Assembly (NCBI GenBank): GCA_043228905.1
Contig: JBHGNT010000018.1
Coordinates: 4,278,001 to 4,342,000, forward strand
From: Azolla caroliniana
Lineage: Eukaryota; Plantae; Polypodiophyta
Length of the DNA stretch: 64,000 bases
Reading direction: 5' to 3'
Part shown: one piece after another, positions 1-12,299 of the stretch
How positions within the stretch are numbered: position 1 is the stretch's first letter
How the letters are laid out: every line of letters starts with the position of its first letter
The notes under the pieces: generated by a model
Databases searched by the model: none
Seen by the model: the letters and a program-made list of their open reading frames with translations, nothing else
What the model was told of the DNA's origin: nothing
Translations under genes and position numbers: made by a program

Positions 1-707
1 CACAACATGTTGATTTTTGCTCGCCCTATTAATGTTGATCCCATATTCCTCATTCAAACAAATGGTATACTTAATAGTTTCATGTGTCTATGATTTGTGA
101 TGATTGTTTGGCCATAAAAACCTGCTATTGATCAATGTTCCAATTGTTTGCTTTGACAAATTACTGATCATGTTAGTAAAAAAAGAAGTCATTGTCACAC
201 TTTATGCCATTGATATGGAAACTATATTAGCATCTTTGATACTCACATCATCATGTAGCTTGATAACAAGAAGCTTATCATTGTTTACATGGTAGACAAA
301 GATCACCATTAGTGATCTAGAGAATGTGGTTGCTGGGGATTAGAAATTTGGATCAGGTTTAGATGTGTAGCTAAAGAACAGGATTTGTGGCTATTCCAGG
401 GATGTGCTTTTCTTTACATTTAGATCTTTCACTTTTTTTTAATATCAAACTAAATCTCCATTTATTAATTTGTATGTACAATTTGTGCTTGGTATGCTGG
501 GCTTTTGAAAAGATGTTTTCAACCAAGATTAGTATGACCAAGATGATGGAAAATCTCCTTGTCGCAAGAAGCGTGCATAAAATGATCCAGCTGCATCTTG
601 ATGCAATGTGATGAAGTTTACTTCTTCAAAAGATTCTCTGCTTGCCATAATGCACCCAAATGATGATATGGAGGATTTCTATCACCATCAATGAAAGAAA
701 AGTCCGA

Positions 708-806
708 CTAGCTAAGAAGTGTGTACGATGGCATATCTTCGATCTGCTTGACCGACTCCATGGTTAGCTCTTGCTCAAGTTGAGATCGTGTAGCTTTCAT
801 TACCGC
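708..806 (-). CDS. ELMO gene last coding exon (AVMKATRSQLEQELTMESVKQIEDMPSYTLLS*)
   Basis: AG acceptor at 808-807; TAG at 710-708; 33 codons. Confidence 0.9.
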   Translation of the reverse strand, partial: AVMKATRSQLEQELTMESVKQIEDMPSYTLLS

Positions 807-3800
807 CTGGATTCAACAAAAGGAATAATTCAATAACATCAAATGCCATGACTAGCCAAATGCCCCTAATTAACACTCTAGGAAGAGAATAGTTAGCTCT
901 TGCTCAAGTAGCACCATAGATAATGGCTTGAGAATAGTTTATTCTTTTTTTTTCCTGAAGGGGGAGACAGCAAAGGCATTTGAGGAGATTAACTACGAAC
1001 TTAGGTGCATTTGTGAAACTAAAGAAAGATGCAGGGGTATGTTTTTCGGGTTTCCCCGTGAACAATTTAGGATCTAGCTAATTAGAACACAGCTCTTGCT
1101 TCATGAGGTTCTAACTAATTGCATTTGTTTCAATCTTGGGAATTGGTTCTGCATGCAACTATACTCATCATATTTGTGTGTTTGTGTAGGTGCACTGTCT
1201 CTTATTTATGTGGTTGCTGTGTGTCAGAGGAAATGGAGGACAATATAAATAAATGCCCTCATCTCTTCGAATGCTGTTATTCGTAAAGACGGATATCATG
1301 ACTTGATGACCATCTCCTTGTTTCCAATCAATTGTGCAGGTTTTCACCTCACATTGAGGTTTTCATCAATAATATGATGTATTTTATGTATATGAAATAA
1401 ATAAATATATAAATTCCCTTTTCTCTACATGCATTTCGGTGTACTCACATTGAATTCCATATATGAAGCATGCATTGAGAGCCATAGTGTATCCATAACT
1501 TTAAATGCCACACAGTATAGCAAGTCAAAAGCTGTCTCTTGTTCTGCAAGAAACAAAAGTCAAACACCAATCCAAAGTTTTGACTGAATATCTGCAATAT
1601 ATGGCTCCAAAAGAAAAAGGAGCACATTGCAACTTGATATACGAAATTAGGTAGGTTCTAATTCCTCTAGATGATTTTCAATTGATCTAGAGCACATCAA
1701 CTTGTAACCTGTACAGATGACCTACCGGCCAATATCCTGACAAAGGATGATCCAATCCATGATCTTGGCTTGTCTGAAGAAATCAAACATGGTATGTGGT
1801 TTTACAAAACGAACCAAGGGTTATGGAATGCAATAAAACTATCGTAAACACTTACAAGAGCGAAGATCGAGCATTTGAATTAACATAAACGTAATGTTGA
1901 CACCAGCAACTGCGAAAGGGTACTCCCATGTGGCCCTCCTCCCTCCTTTCTTATATAGCAACTGTTGAAAAGATCGCTGGAAAAAAGAATTTCCAAAACT
2001 CAGATGCCAAAGTAGAAATTTGTGGGGAAAATTGGAAGGTAAGGAAAATACACATGCAACATGTTGATAAAAAAGGAGGCGTGCCCCTACCGGGTATCTT
2101 TTAGCAAAAAATAAAAGATTCTCAAGAGAGAGATATCCTCCACCCCTGTGAGTTGAAACACTAGAAAATATGGCATCACATAATCTAGCAATGCAATACG
2201 AAAACAGGGATGAAGAAAAAACAAAATTTGCAAAAATGACCTGAAATCTGTGGATGGATCACTGCCTTGCCACCCCATATCTTTCCACTGATCAGATATA
2301 AGTCCATCTAAATCCGAGTCGGGGAATGACGCATACCATAAAGCCCTTAGTGTTTCCTGCACAGAAAATAACACATTGTTATTAAGCTAGCAACCTTGCA
2401 ATAAGCACCTATAGCATTTTGATAATAGTACTTGAAATTGATCAAAACTTCACCTCTAACTTTTCATGAACTTCCCAAAATATCCCCTACTATTTTCAGG
2501 ACTTCCAAAATGCTCCTCATCTTTCCGAATTCTCAAAATACCCTCTCTCTAACACAACAATTTCTTTTTTTTGCCACATTTCTATCCCTCTCTCAACAAT
2601 TTCTTTGTCTTCACACATTATAATCTTGGGGATAGAAATTGTAGAGAAGAGAGCAGCATTTTGAAAATAATTACGGGTATCTCTGGAAATTTAGTAAAAC
2701 ATTAGGGGTATTTTTGTATACTGACCTGATGATCAGCTCGACTTGGATCAAATACAGCTCCTAATCGAAATTGAAGCCTCCGAAGCCGCTCCTCCTGTAA
2801 GACGAGAAAGAACGAGTTTGAAGGAATAGGAACTTATGACTGAATTCAAATTACTCAACCAGATACCAACTCAAACATAATCAAAATGAGGATTTTCTGA
2901 AAATACAAAAGGAAAAGGCGTGAAGCTTAAAAGGAATCTTACCTGAGCAGGAGTAAACTCCAGAGTCAACATTTTCTGTGCTTGCCCTTTTTGGTGAGCA
3001 CAGCCACATAATAACATGTTGCCAATCCAGAACGAGTTTTGAGAGTGCCAACTGCAACAAAGAAATTTATTTTAGAATAATTTCAAAATAGGCTTCCAGA
3101 TATAATTTATATCCACAAGTTAAAAAAGAAGAATCATACATGAAGATTGGTGAAGTTTCCGTAAATAGCAGGGATAAGGGGAATTGTTTGGTGCATTATT
3201 ATGCACTATTATGTAGCACTCAAAACAAACTCTCTTTAATGACAATTCATGCACTACACGATCTTCAGTGCCAAAGCCGTGATTTATTCCAACACCATAG
3301 GCATGTATGCCATTGCCAATTTCATATTAAGAGAATGGACGCCCAGATTGACATCTATATAAATCTGAGTGTCATCTTTTCAAACCCGTCAGTCATTGTG
3401 TAAAAGAAAAATGTAATCCACATGTGTTCCTCTAGTTTTTCAAAATAAGAGAAACAACGTTGTCTTGCAAATAATCATTTAAGACTATAAAAATACACCA
3501 CTCCCAAACAATCACTCTGGTAGAGTATTGTAGTTAGGATGTAATAATGGATCACAATAAAGAACTCAAGGTTTGCATGATGTAAACATGTCACATGCTT
3601 TGAATCCACCGTCATCATTTTAATGCCACGTTCACAATGTTCAAGGTAGTTTTTCATTCCCACATACACCAAACATTGAATCTAGCGCATAGTAGGAGAA
3701 AAAGAACCAAACATGTCATGGCTTTCACATAGACGCATCCTGAAGTGTAACAAGAAAGCTTCATGCTAGCATTTCGAAGGATTCAAATTCAAAATTTAAA

Positions 3801-6295
3801 TAGTTAGCAATTGCGAACAACTACATAAAATCAGAATCCCTTTATATTATTCAATTTACGATTTGTAGGTCCTTAAAATTACAAAGCGTAGAAATTCCTG
3901 GTGACATGAAGTTTCAGGATGCTGATCACATTGCAATTTTGCCAAAGTGCGAGAGAGAGAGAGATGGACATATTAATGCCTCAAAAGGACAATTATTACA
4001 AACATTAAAGCTGTTTACTGTTTACTCATCAATGCAAGTACCAGAAGAATAAAAAGAAAATGTTAATGAGAGGGGGGGCTCAAACTATCTGTAAAAAGGC
4101 ACATCTTAAACAAATTCTTCCAACAAGATAGATATCATTTCAACTAACTATTTACGTAACATACACAAAATCTCTTGCCTGTACAGGTAGAGAATCCAAT
4201 AACTTTGCAAAGAAACTCTGTTAATGAATTTCGGTTCTCAGCAAGAAATAGCAGTAAAAAAGAACGAACAATTTCAATAGAACTTGTCAAGAAAATGGCT
4301 ATGCAGATGAAACTGACATAAAAGTTTGAGGTTGACTCAGGGTAGCATTAAGTTTTACATGGATTGGAAACAACTGGAGATGTAAAAATGGTATCATCTC
4401 TTCAGCATTGAGTACAAAGAAATGTTAATGAGCAATTCTCACACAGGACTCAGAGAGAAAATTGCCTAGAGCCCTTCCAACTGTGAAATCTAAGCTCTCA
4501 GAGTCATCATGTGCATTAAGAAAATGTCAAACCTCAAGTTCTCAGTAAAATTTCCTTGGACCTAGAATTAAAACACACACATGCAATGTGTAGTTCTTCA
4601 TTTGACTAGGGAGAAAAATTAAATAACAATCTACACAGCATGCAGAGATGCTTACCAATAGAGATGAAGAATTCTATGACAATTACCTCACAGCAACAAG
4701 CAAATAACAGTACAGCAAAGGCCTGACAGAATATTTCGTAGAATTAATTTCAGAAATTAAATCCATTATCAGTACAAGTAGAGCATTCTATGACTACTCA
4801 CAAAGAAATTTTACATCCAATGATTAACTCTCCACGAAAAACAAATAGTAACAGCAGCAAATATGAGGCAGAATATCTGCTAGCATTATTTTGAGAAATT
4901 GAATCCATTATCAGTACAAAGAGAGTATTCTATGACTACTCCAAAAGAAACCTTATTTTCAATGATTACCAATCAAAGAACAAACAAACAACAATGGCTA
5001 CAAGTATCAAACAGATTCTTCAGTAGAAATAATTCGAGAAATTAAATCCATTACCAATATAAGTAAAGCATTCTATAGCTACTTCCAAAGACAATTCTTT
5101 CAAAAGATTGTCCATCAGAAACAAACAAATAACAATGGCAACAAATAACTAACAGATTCGTTAGACTTCATGCAATTAATTAATCTATTAGCAGCATAAG
5201 TGGAGAAATCTAGACTAATACAGAAGACAATTCTTCCAAAAGATTACATCCCAGCTACGAACAAATAAAAATGGTGGCAAACATCAGATAGGTTCACAAA
5301 AAGTCGTTTAATCTATTACTAATCCAGGTAAAGCATTCATTGAGAAATTCTTCCTAAGTATTACGCAGCAGCATAAAACAAAAAATGACGCTGGAAAATT
5401 GCTAACAGATTCGCAAAAATCCATTGAGAAATTAAATCTATTACCATTACTAACGAAAAGAAAACATTCTATGAGTAGCCAAAGACAAATCTTCCAAAAG
5501 GCTACTTCTCAGCAATAAAAAATAACTACGATCATAAGCGCTAACAAGTTCACCTGAATTCCCTGAGAAATTAAATTCATTGAAGACAAGCAATCATTCT
5601 ATAACTAAATTTAAAGGCAATTCCCCCGAGCAACAAACAAACATTAATGGAGCAAAATAGATAATATATTCTTCTCTAGAATTCATTTGAAAAATTGAAG
5701 TCATTGACAGTAAAAGCATCACCTCTCAGTGATGAACAAACAAAGAACGATTGTGGTAGACAACTAAACAGATTGTCTAAGATTCACTCAGGAAACTAAA
5801 TACATTAACAGTATAATTGGAGCATTCTATAACTAGTTCCTAGGACAATTCTTCCAAAACATTACCTCTCAGCAGCAAACAAGTAACAATGGCGAAAAAT
5901 AGTTAGCGGATTCTTAGCTTGAACTTGTTTAAGAAGCAATGACATTCTTAGTAGATGATGAGACAACATACAAAGATCGGGACTCAAGGTATAAGAGAAA
6001 GCTTCTTTCTTAAGTTCCTTTTCAAAAAGAGTTTGGCTCTCAGGAACAGAGAAAGAGCAGACAGACGGGGACGAATCTGAAGAGCTCATCAAGAACGACC
6101 AGAAAAACCACAAGATTTCAAACAAGAGCGGGCGAAGTTGAATTAAGAACATCGGAGGTCAGAATGCGACGGCTTACTGCGCGAGAGTGCGAGGAGGTTC
6201 CGAGAGGCAACCGAGGTCAAATCCGAGACATCTGATTCTGATCTTTCATCCGGCTCGCGATGGAGGAGCTCCGTGCAGGCGCCATCTTGGGGCAT
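708..6295 (-). CDS. ELMO/CED-12 domain-containing protein (plant ELMOD-like), spliced gene
   Basis: Eight GT-AG exons join in phase (3051-2943, 2794-2726, 2356-2241, 2145-2091, 1976-1856, 1773-1726, 1543-1449, 806-708). They give EFTPAQEERLRRLQ...QWKDMGWQGSDPSTDFRGGGYLSLENLLFFA...WEYPFAVAGVNITFML...AFDLLYCVAF...ASYMEFNAVMKATRSQLEQEL, which are typical ELMO-domain motifs. The 5' exon (6178-6295) is tentative. Confidence 0.9.
1449..1543 (-). CDS. ELMO gene exon (EQETAFDLLYCVAFKVMDTLWLSMHASYMEFN)
   Basis: tgcag acceptor, gtgag donor, phase consistent with neighbours. Confidence 0.9.
1726..1773 (-). CDS. ELMO gene exon (YKPRSWIGSSFVRILA)
   Basis: ttcag acceptor, gtagg donor, 48 nt, phase 1-1. 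Confidence 0.85.
1856..1976 (-). CDS. ELMO gene exon (RSFQQLLYKKGGRRATWEYPFAVAGVNITFMLIQMLDLRS)
   Basis: ccag acceptor, gtaagt donor; WEYPFAVAGVN motif. Confidence 0.92.
2091..2145 (-). CDS. ELMO gene exon (GGGYLSLENLLFFAKRYP)
   Basis: cacag acceptor, gtagg donor; completes the DFRG motif. Confidence 0.9.
2241..2356 (-). CDS. ELMO gene exon (ETLRALWYASFP...WKDMGWQGSDPSTDFR)
   Basis: Lies within ORF 2087..2374; gcag acceptor, gtcat donor. Confidence 0.92.
2726..2794 (-). CDS. ELMO gene exon (EERLRRLQFRLGAVFDPSRADHQ)
   Basis: ttacag acceptor, gtcag donor, 69 nt. Confidence 0.9.
2943..3051 (-). CDS. ELMO gene exon (WHSQNSFWIGNMLLCGCAHQ...LEFTPAQ)
   Basis: ttgcag acceptor, gtaag donor; resembles the N-terminal region of plant ELMO proteins. 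Confidence 0.8.
4610..5950. repeat. Degenerate ~135-140 bp tandem array (~9-10 units) in ELMO intron
   Basis: GAGAAATTAAATCCATTA...AGCATTCTATGACTAC core recurs near 4752, 4893, 5036, 5175, 5308, 5425, 5564, 5688 and 5790. Confidence 0.75.
6178..6295 (-). CDS. Putative first exon of ELMO gene (MPQDGACTELLHREPDERSESDVSDLTSVASRNLLALSR)
   Basis: GC-rich, downstream of a (CT)n leader, ends at a strong gtaag donor. The phase does not match the next exon directly. Confidence 0.45.
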
Positions 6296-6344
6296 GATTC
6301 ATGAAGAAGACGCCATGGGGAAGAAGGTCGTACAAGGCGAAGGT

Positions 6345-6400
6345 GAGAGAGAGAGAGAGAACACGCAGGAATGCGAGGATTTGGCCTGCATCTAACGAGG

Positions 6401-6450
<50 letters not shown>

Positions 6451-6675
6451 GGGGTGGGGGGGGTTAGTCACACCAAAAGCACTTGCAGTACACAGCTTCT
6501 GCTTTTGCGTTTGCGTTTGCGTTTGCGTTTGCTCTTGCTTAAAGCTTTTTTGCTCCTATTGTTTCTTCAAAACTATTGTATCAAACTAATGACCTTCTTC
6601 TTCTTCTTCTTCTTCTTGATGGATGGTATGGTATGGTATGGGATATGGTATGGGCTGGTATGGGCTGGTATGGGG
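6345..6675. repeat. Microsatellite cluster in the leader/promoter: (GA)n, (GCGTTT)n, (TTC)n, (GGTAT)n
   Basis: Directly visible simple repeats. Confidence 0.9.
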
Positions 6676-8815
6676 AGTTGCCCAAACCCATCCATCCATT
6701 GAGCCATGTTTTCTAGCTCCTTTTGAGGACCCCCCCGTCGTCGGCATCATGGAAACATCCCAGGGATGGATGGTCCCTACGACCTGCATCCATTCAGAAG
6801 GCATGCGAGAGCCGAGTGTATGTACGTAGGAGGTGGACCTGGACCTGGATGTGGAAGAGGGTTTGGGGGGTGGAGATGGAGATGGAGATCCTATCACCTC
6901 CCCCTTGCATTCTGGTTTTGATCGGGAGATCGTATCTAGGGTGTTGTGCGACCCCCACATTAACTTTTGGTGCTTCCGTTCCACGACTCCGGGCTCGCCA
7001 GCTCACGCAGTCGTTCTCACACCAGCTTGCTAGGTATTTTCATATGCACGAGCAGATGTTATGTGTGCTTTGTAGGAGATTGTGCGCTCTTTGGAATCTT
7101 ATTGGTTCACCCAAATTTACTTGTGCGCACGAAGGCTTTTAATGATGTTCGTGTGTGTGTGTGTGTGTGTTGGGGGGGGAAAGGGGGTTGTATTTTGTAT
7201 CGTCCTTGCAGGTTTTGAGGACATAATTTGGAAAGAACAATAAACAAAACAACTTGGCTAATTTGCTAGATCTCGAAAACATAGGATTAAGAACTTATCT
7301 TTGTGATATGATGTGCACTCCACATGTTCATGTTGAAGTGTGGAAGACAAAATATTAAGAGCATAAACATGTGTATGTATGTTGATGCATGCCAATTGTA
7401 TTTGCTAAGTGGGACAAATGTGGAGAGGTGTCATGGATGACTACAGTCTTCACCAAAAAAGTATGTGGCGATTAGTTAAAGGCCTTGAAATAATGCGTGT
7501 GCAGGATGGTGTTATTTATTCGTGGGGGTACACATTTACATATTTGAAGGGTTGTAGTTGAATAGAGTTTGGAAACATATTGTTGACCTAAAATTTAAAA
7601 ATTCATTTGCTCCAAACAAGTAGAGAAACAATGACTTCCGTCTATACTTAAAAAGCAAAGAAGATGCAAACTTTCCAAACATAACTTTATGTTAAGAGGA
7701 GATTCGAGGTGACTTGTCATAGCATGAACAAGAGATGATGTATCTGAAGCAGGTCAAAAAGTGTGAGCTAAATGAATTAAAATAAGCAATTAACTCAAAA
7801 GCAAAAGAAACCAATAACTTTTGGACCTTCTCATTATATTAAGATGAGATTGAAGATTGCCCGGGTCATACCATTAACTAAATTCGTTACTCCAAACTTA
7901 AAAGCAATGAAAACAACTTAAATTGCGGACCTTATCATTTGGATGATATTCGTTATAACATGAATGACAATAATAAATTAATTATTCCAAAATCAAAAGT
8001 AAAGAAAAAGAAATTTGTAGAGCTTATTCTTATGTTAAGAGGAGATTGAAGGACAAAGATCATAGCATGAACAAGTAGTCATTCAAGATCCTCTAGAGGT
8101 AATTGGATCGTACATTGACATGAGATTGGATGTTATTGGTAAAACATGAACATGTTAAGTCATTCATAGAAGAGGCAATGTTACGATAAAAGATGCATAT
8201 ATGATGACAATAGAATGTTTAACATTTATTTAAGAGGATTCTGTCAACGTTGGAGGAAACATATGAGAGAAAGAGGAAACCAATTGATAGGAGCATAATG
8301 GATGTGAGCTATAATTAAGTAGACATTACACACTAAAACACAATACATTATATAACACTTCGGGTATCCCCACCAATTTGATGTAGCACATTATTCCTTA
8401 TAGTTCCACACACCCGATTTTTACTAAAATCGTTACGCTTAGATAGCGACCACCATGATGTAGTGATATGTTGTGTTTTATACCTTTGAGGTTAGTTGTT
8501 CAAACTTCATGCAATGATATCGCTTAGAACTTCATTATAAAAATTATTCACATTTTTCATTTCAAGCATACACAATAAGGTTACTTTACAAATGACTTTC
8601 AAAATCCCAATAGTTGAAACAATACCATTGTCTTCTAAAAAAGATAGAGAGTATATATTTTATGCACTAGAATAGGTTATTTGAAATAGACAAGAATGGG
8701 AGAAGATTACAAAATGCTAAAGCTACAAATAAACTATGCTAACTTCAACAACATATTAACGAAAACCAATAATTGATGGGGGGGGGGGGGGGGGGGTTGG
8801 ATAATACAATACATA

Positions 8816-9434
8816 TGTGAAAGTACACATAGAGGTTAGGATACCGAAAGTATCCACTTCATTCAATGCAAAGACATCTTTCTGTCGTTAAGGAAATGGC
8901 GGACTTTAACATATGTATACCCAAATGGGTGTTTCTTTTCACAAAAGGTGTGTGGTAGAGTTTGTTACCTCAATGTGCTTTTTCAAGGTCAACTATGTCG
9001 TTAAGTCATTTGTACAATTATCTTGGAAATATTCTTTCTCGTATTCCCCCTTAAGATTGGTGGATCATGTGGATGTGGGACCACGTTATGTTAACAATAG
9101 TTTGATCATGTATGCATTACAAGTGTGAAAGTACACATAGAGGTTAGGATACCGAAAGTATCCACTTCATTCAATGCAAAAACATCTTTCCGTCGTTAAG
9201 GAAATGGCGGACTTTAACATATGTATACCCAAATGGGCGTTTCTTTTCACAAAAGGTGTGTGGTAGAGTTTGTTACCTCAATGTGCTTTTTCAAGGTCAA
9301 CTATGTCGTTAAGTCATTTGTACAATTATCTTGGAAATATTCTTTCTCGGATTCCCCCTTAAGATTGGTGGATCATGTGGATGTGGGACCACGTTATGTT
9401 AACAATAGTTTGATCATGTATGCATTACAAGTGT
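8816..9434. repeat. 308-bp tandem duplication
   Basis: 8816-9123 and 9124-9431 are near-identical (about 4 mismatches). The duplicate ORFs at 8913 and 9221 are 308 bp apart. Confidence 0.95.
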
Positions 9435-10888
9435 CCTTGTTTTGTGATGATATCCATCGTTGACGAGTTCGTAGAAGCATTCATGAGTTGAGCCATTTAT
9501 TTGATTGGCAATCTATACTCTGGTTGCATTCAAATCCAACTAGTAAATAGCTGCATCCTACGACTCTGCAAAATCCAATCAAGCTAACGAGATGTCAACT
9601 TTACCATAAGAAGAAATGAATTTTTTTGCTCATATGATGAATGCAAGGAACAATATACTACATGATTGCATTCTGAGCATAACAAGATAGTTCTTAGATG
9701 ATATCTCCATGAATGGTTGGGTAGAGTTGGATAAGAATGAGAAGAACACTTGGCTCCAATGTCGAAAGTTTGTATTAGACCACATATCTAATTGTGAAAG
9801 TATTGGAGAGTCTCGAAGATGCATGCCTAGCTTTATTGGCAAAGAAATTGTGATTTGATCAATATGAGATCCTCACACATCTATGTGAGCCCTATGGTCA
9901 TAAGGCATCCTCCATGAATATTGACATCATTCAAAAGATGAAGCAAGAATGCAAGTCGTTAGTAGTGAGGAGGTTCTTGTGGGACGTATGTTCTACCATA
10001 TATGGATAGCATAATATTTGCACGTATGTCGTTATCTCTTATTAAGGAAAAGACAAAGGTTCAACATATTGGGGCTGTGATGAGTTGAAGAAATCACTTA
10101 TCAATGCTCTAACACTAAAGAAGTTGGATAATGACTCTTAGAGAATGTAAATTATAAATATGGTCAATTCAAGTCTAACTATAATTGGGTGATATAAATT
10201 AAGTGATTAAAGAAGGGTACAACATCTTATATGTGTGAAAGCCAAAGGTTTAAACGAACAATAAAGAGGGTAAGAAGGTATGTGGGACATTGTGTTGTCA
10301 ACCAAAATTGATTGAAAACATCTAATAAGAGTTGATCTTATGATTGAGACATATAGTCTCCCAATCCTTGGCTTGATAATGAGTTGCACAATAGTAGACG
10401 TGGAAATGCGTTGATGGATAGTAGACATAAAATATCTTAAGTTTTAACCTAGGTACCTAGGTAGTTGACATATTTTGGGCTAGAATAATGGAGAAGATGA
10501 ATTTTGATCAAACAATGAGGAGGCTAGTGAAGATATTTTGCCACCAATTTCATAGAAGAGTCTAATGATCAAGTTGACATCAAAGAAGAAAGGTATGAGG
10601 GTGAATATTGTCTTGAGACCTAGAGACAACTTCAAGTTGCAAAACAAGAAGTGTCAATGGCCAAGACAATGAAGATTAGAATTAAAAATTCTTTATGAAA
10701 GAGGGATACTTTTGGAAACGATGAAAAGCATCGGGCAAATTCCGATTATGTATAACAAGATTCAATGTCAATGAATTATGGCAAAATTCCAGTATTGAAA
10801 ATGGGTTGGTCATAGAGGCATTTGCTTTACTTTCACCAAAATCAATGAATAGTATTTGTGGGCTAGTATATTTAGAGATGTGACACAT

Positions 10889-11333
10889 TGTTGAGCGGAC
10901 AAGCTCAACCGGATCCGGATCGGCTGAATAAGTCAGAGCCAGATCGGTATCTAGAACGAAGAACCAGATTGGTGTCCGGATCGGTATCCGGAACCAAGAG
11001 CTAGATCGGAGAGATGGACTGGATTGTAACCGGTAGGCCGTTAGAGGCCTATGAATCTAGCCAAGTACGTAGGCGTATTTTTGGGAGTCAGTGTCAGTCG
11101 CTCGTATGAGCATTGAAGTACTTGTTAGTACTTCTGTTAGTCCTTTTAAGGACTTGTATAAAAAGTGTTCTTTTGGACATTTGTATGTACAGAGTATTAT
11201 TATTATTTTTGAATTGAGTTGTGTTCTACTCTCTTTGTCTTTCTCGTGTAAGGTTTCCATTAAACCCGCGTCTATATTCTGATGCTATCCGGATAAACCG
11301 GGTTGTCAAAAATTTTGCATATTAACTTTGACA
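10889..11333 (+). repeat. Copia-1 5' LTR
   Basis: TGTTGAGC...TTGACA followed by a tRNA-iMet PBS. Confidence 0.88.
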
Positions 11334-11345
11334 TGGTATCAGAGC
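11334..11345 (+). promoter_or_regulatory. Primer-binding site (tRNA-iMet) of Copia-1
   Basis: TGGTATCAGAGC immediately after the LTR. Confidence 0.9.
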
Positions 11346-12299
11346 GCGAGGGTTGAGAACCTCTATAGCCGACGAGCGATTTCTGAAGACAAACCCTAAC
11401 ACCCGGTAAAGAACAGATAGAAGAAAAATATGGACCGAGGAATGGCTAGCTCGCTCCTGACGGAGAAGCTCGACAAATCCAACTATGCATCTTGGTCATA
11501 CAAAATGCACTAGTTGTTGTTAGTCAAAATTGTAACCGCCGGACATAACACATGGAGAATAGAGTATTATATTAGGAGCGTTAAAGTAACGCGTGTAACG
11601 GTTGTACACAGGTAGCGTAATTGATTAGAAGCCCTGTGTATATAAAGGGCGAGAAACCACTGTAAAGGGCTAGCGTATTATGAGAGTGCCGTTTTAATAT
11701 AGTTTATCTTCTCTGATCTTGGTGTTCTGTCTATTGGCCTATTGGTCTCTTGTTTCCGTGTCTCGTTCTCTGTACAAGACTGTGTTGCAATAAACACAAG
11801 GTAAGTACGCATTGGGTGCTACGCCCCTATGGAGGTTAGGTTGTAGCCGTCTTCCCCTTATGCCCTACAAATCACACACTACGCATCCCTATTCCCTTGC
11901 ACCACAATCACCTTGTAAGCTACCCCGAAGGACTGAGGGTGGCCTGTGTTCCTAACTGGTACCACTTTTGGCACACCTGGTGATCTATGAATCCTCGCAG
12001 CCGAGCAAGCAAGGAATGGATGTCTAGCCGCCGACGTATCAGAGAACCTACACGACAAGATCGACCACTAACTAGATCCATCACTAGACAGATAGAAGAA
12101 CGCGCTATGCGGAAACCCCGCCTCAACGACCACACCTCCTCTTTTTAGGAGTACACGGTAGAGTCCACGCTCCCAGAACAGAGTGGCTTCGATCATGAAG
12201 TCTTATCGCCACACGACCAAAGTAGTGCGAACAAACGCCATAGTAGCCCACAACGTGGTGCCAGTAGCCTTCGTTTGCTGACCATCACCATCGCGACCG

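Noticed and set aside
6301-7218. Overlapping ORFs upstream of the gene; possible miRNA hairpin near 6765-6795
   Set aside because: The ORFs derive from microsatellites or low complexity, with no recognisable domain. The hairpin is short and matches no miRNA I recognise.
9440-10880. Possible decayed DNA-transposon coding remnant
   Set aside because: No motif, TIR or TSD could be supported by eye; needs a translated HMM search.
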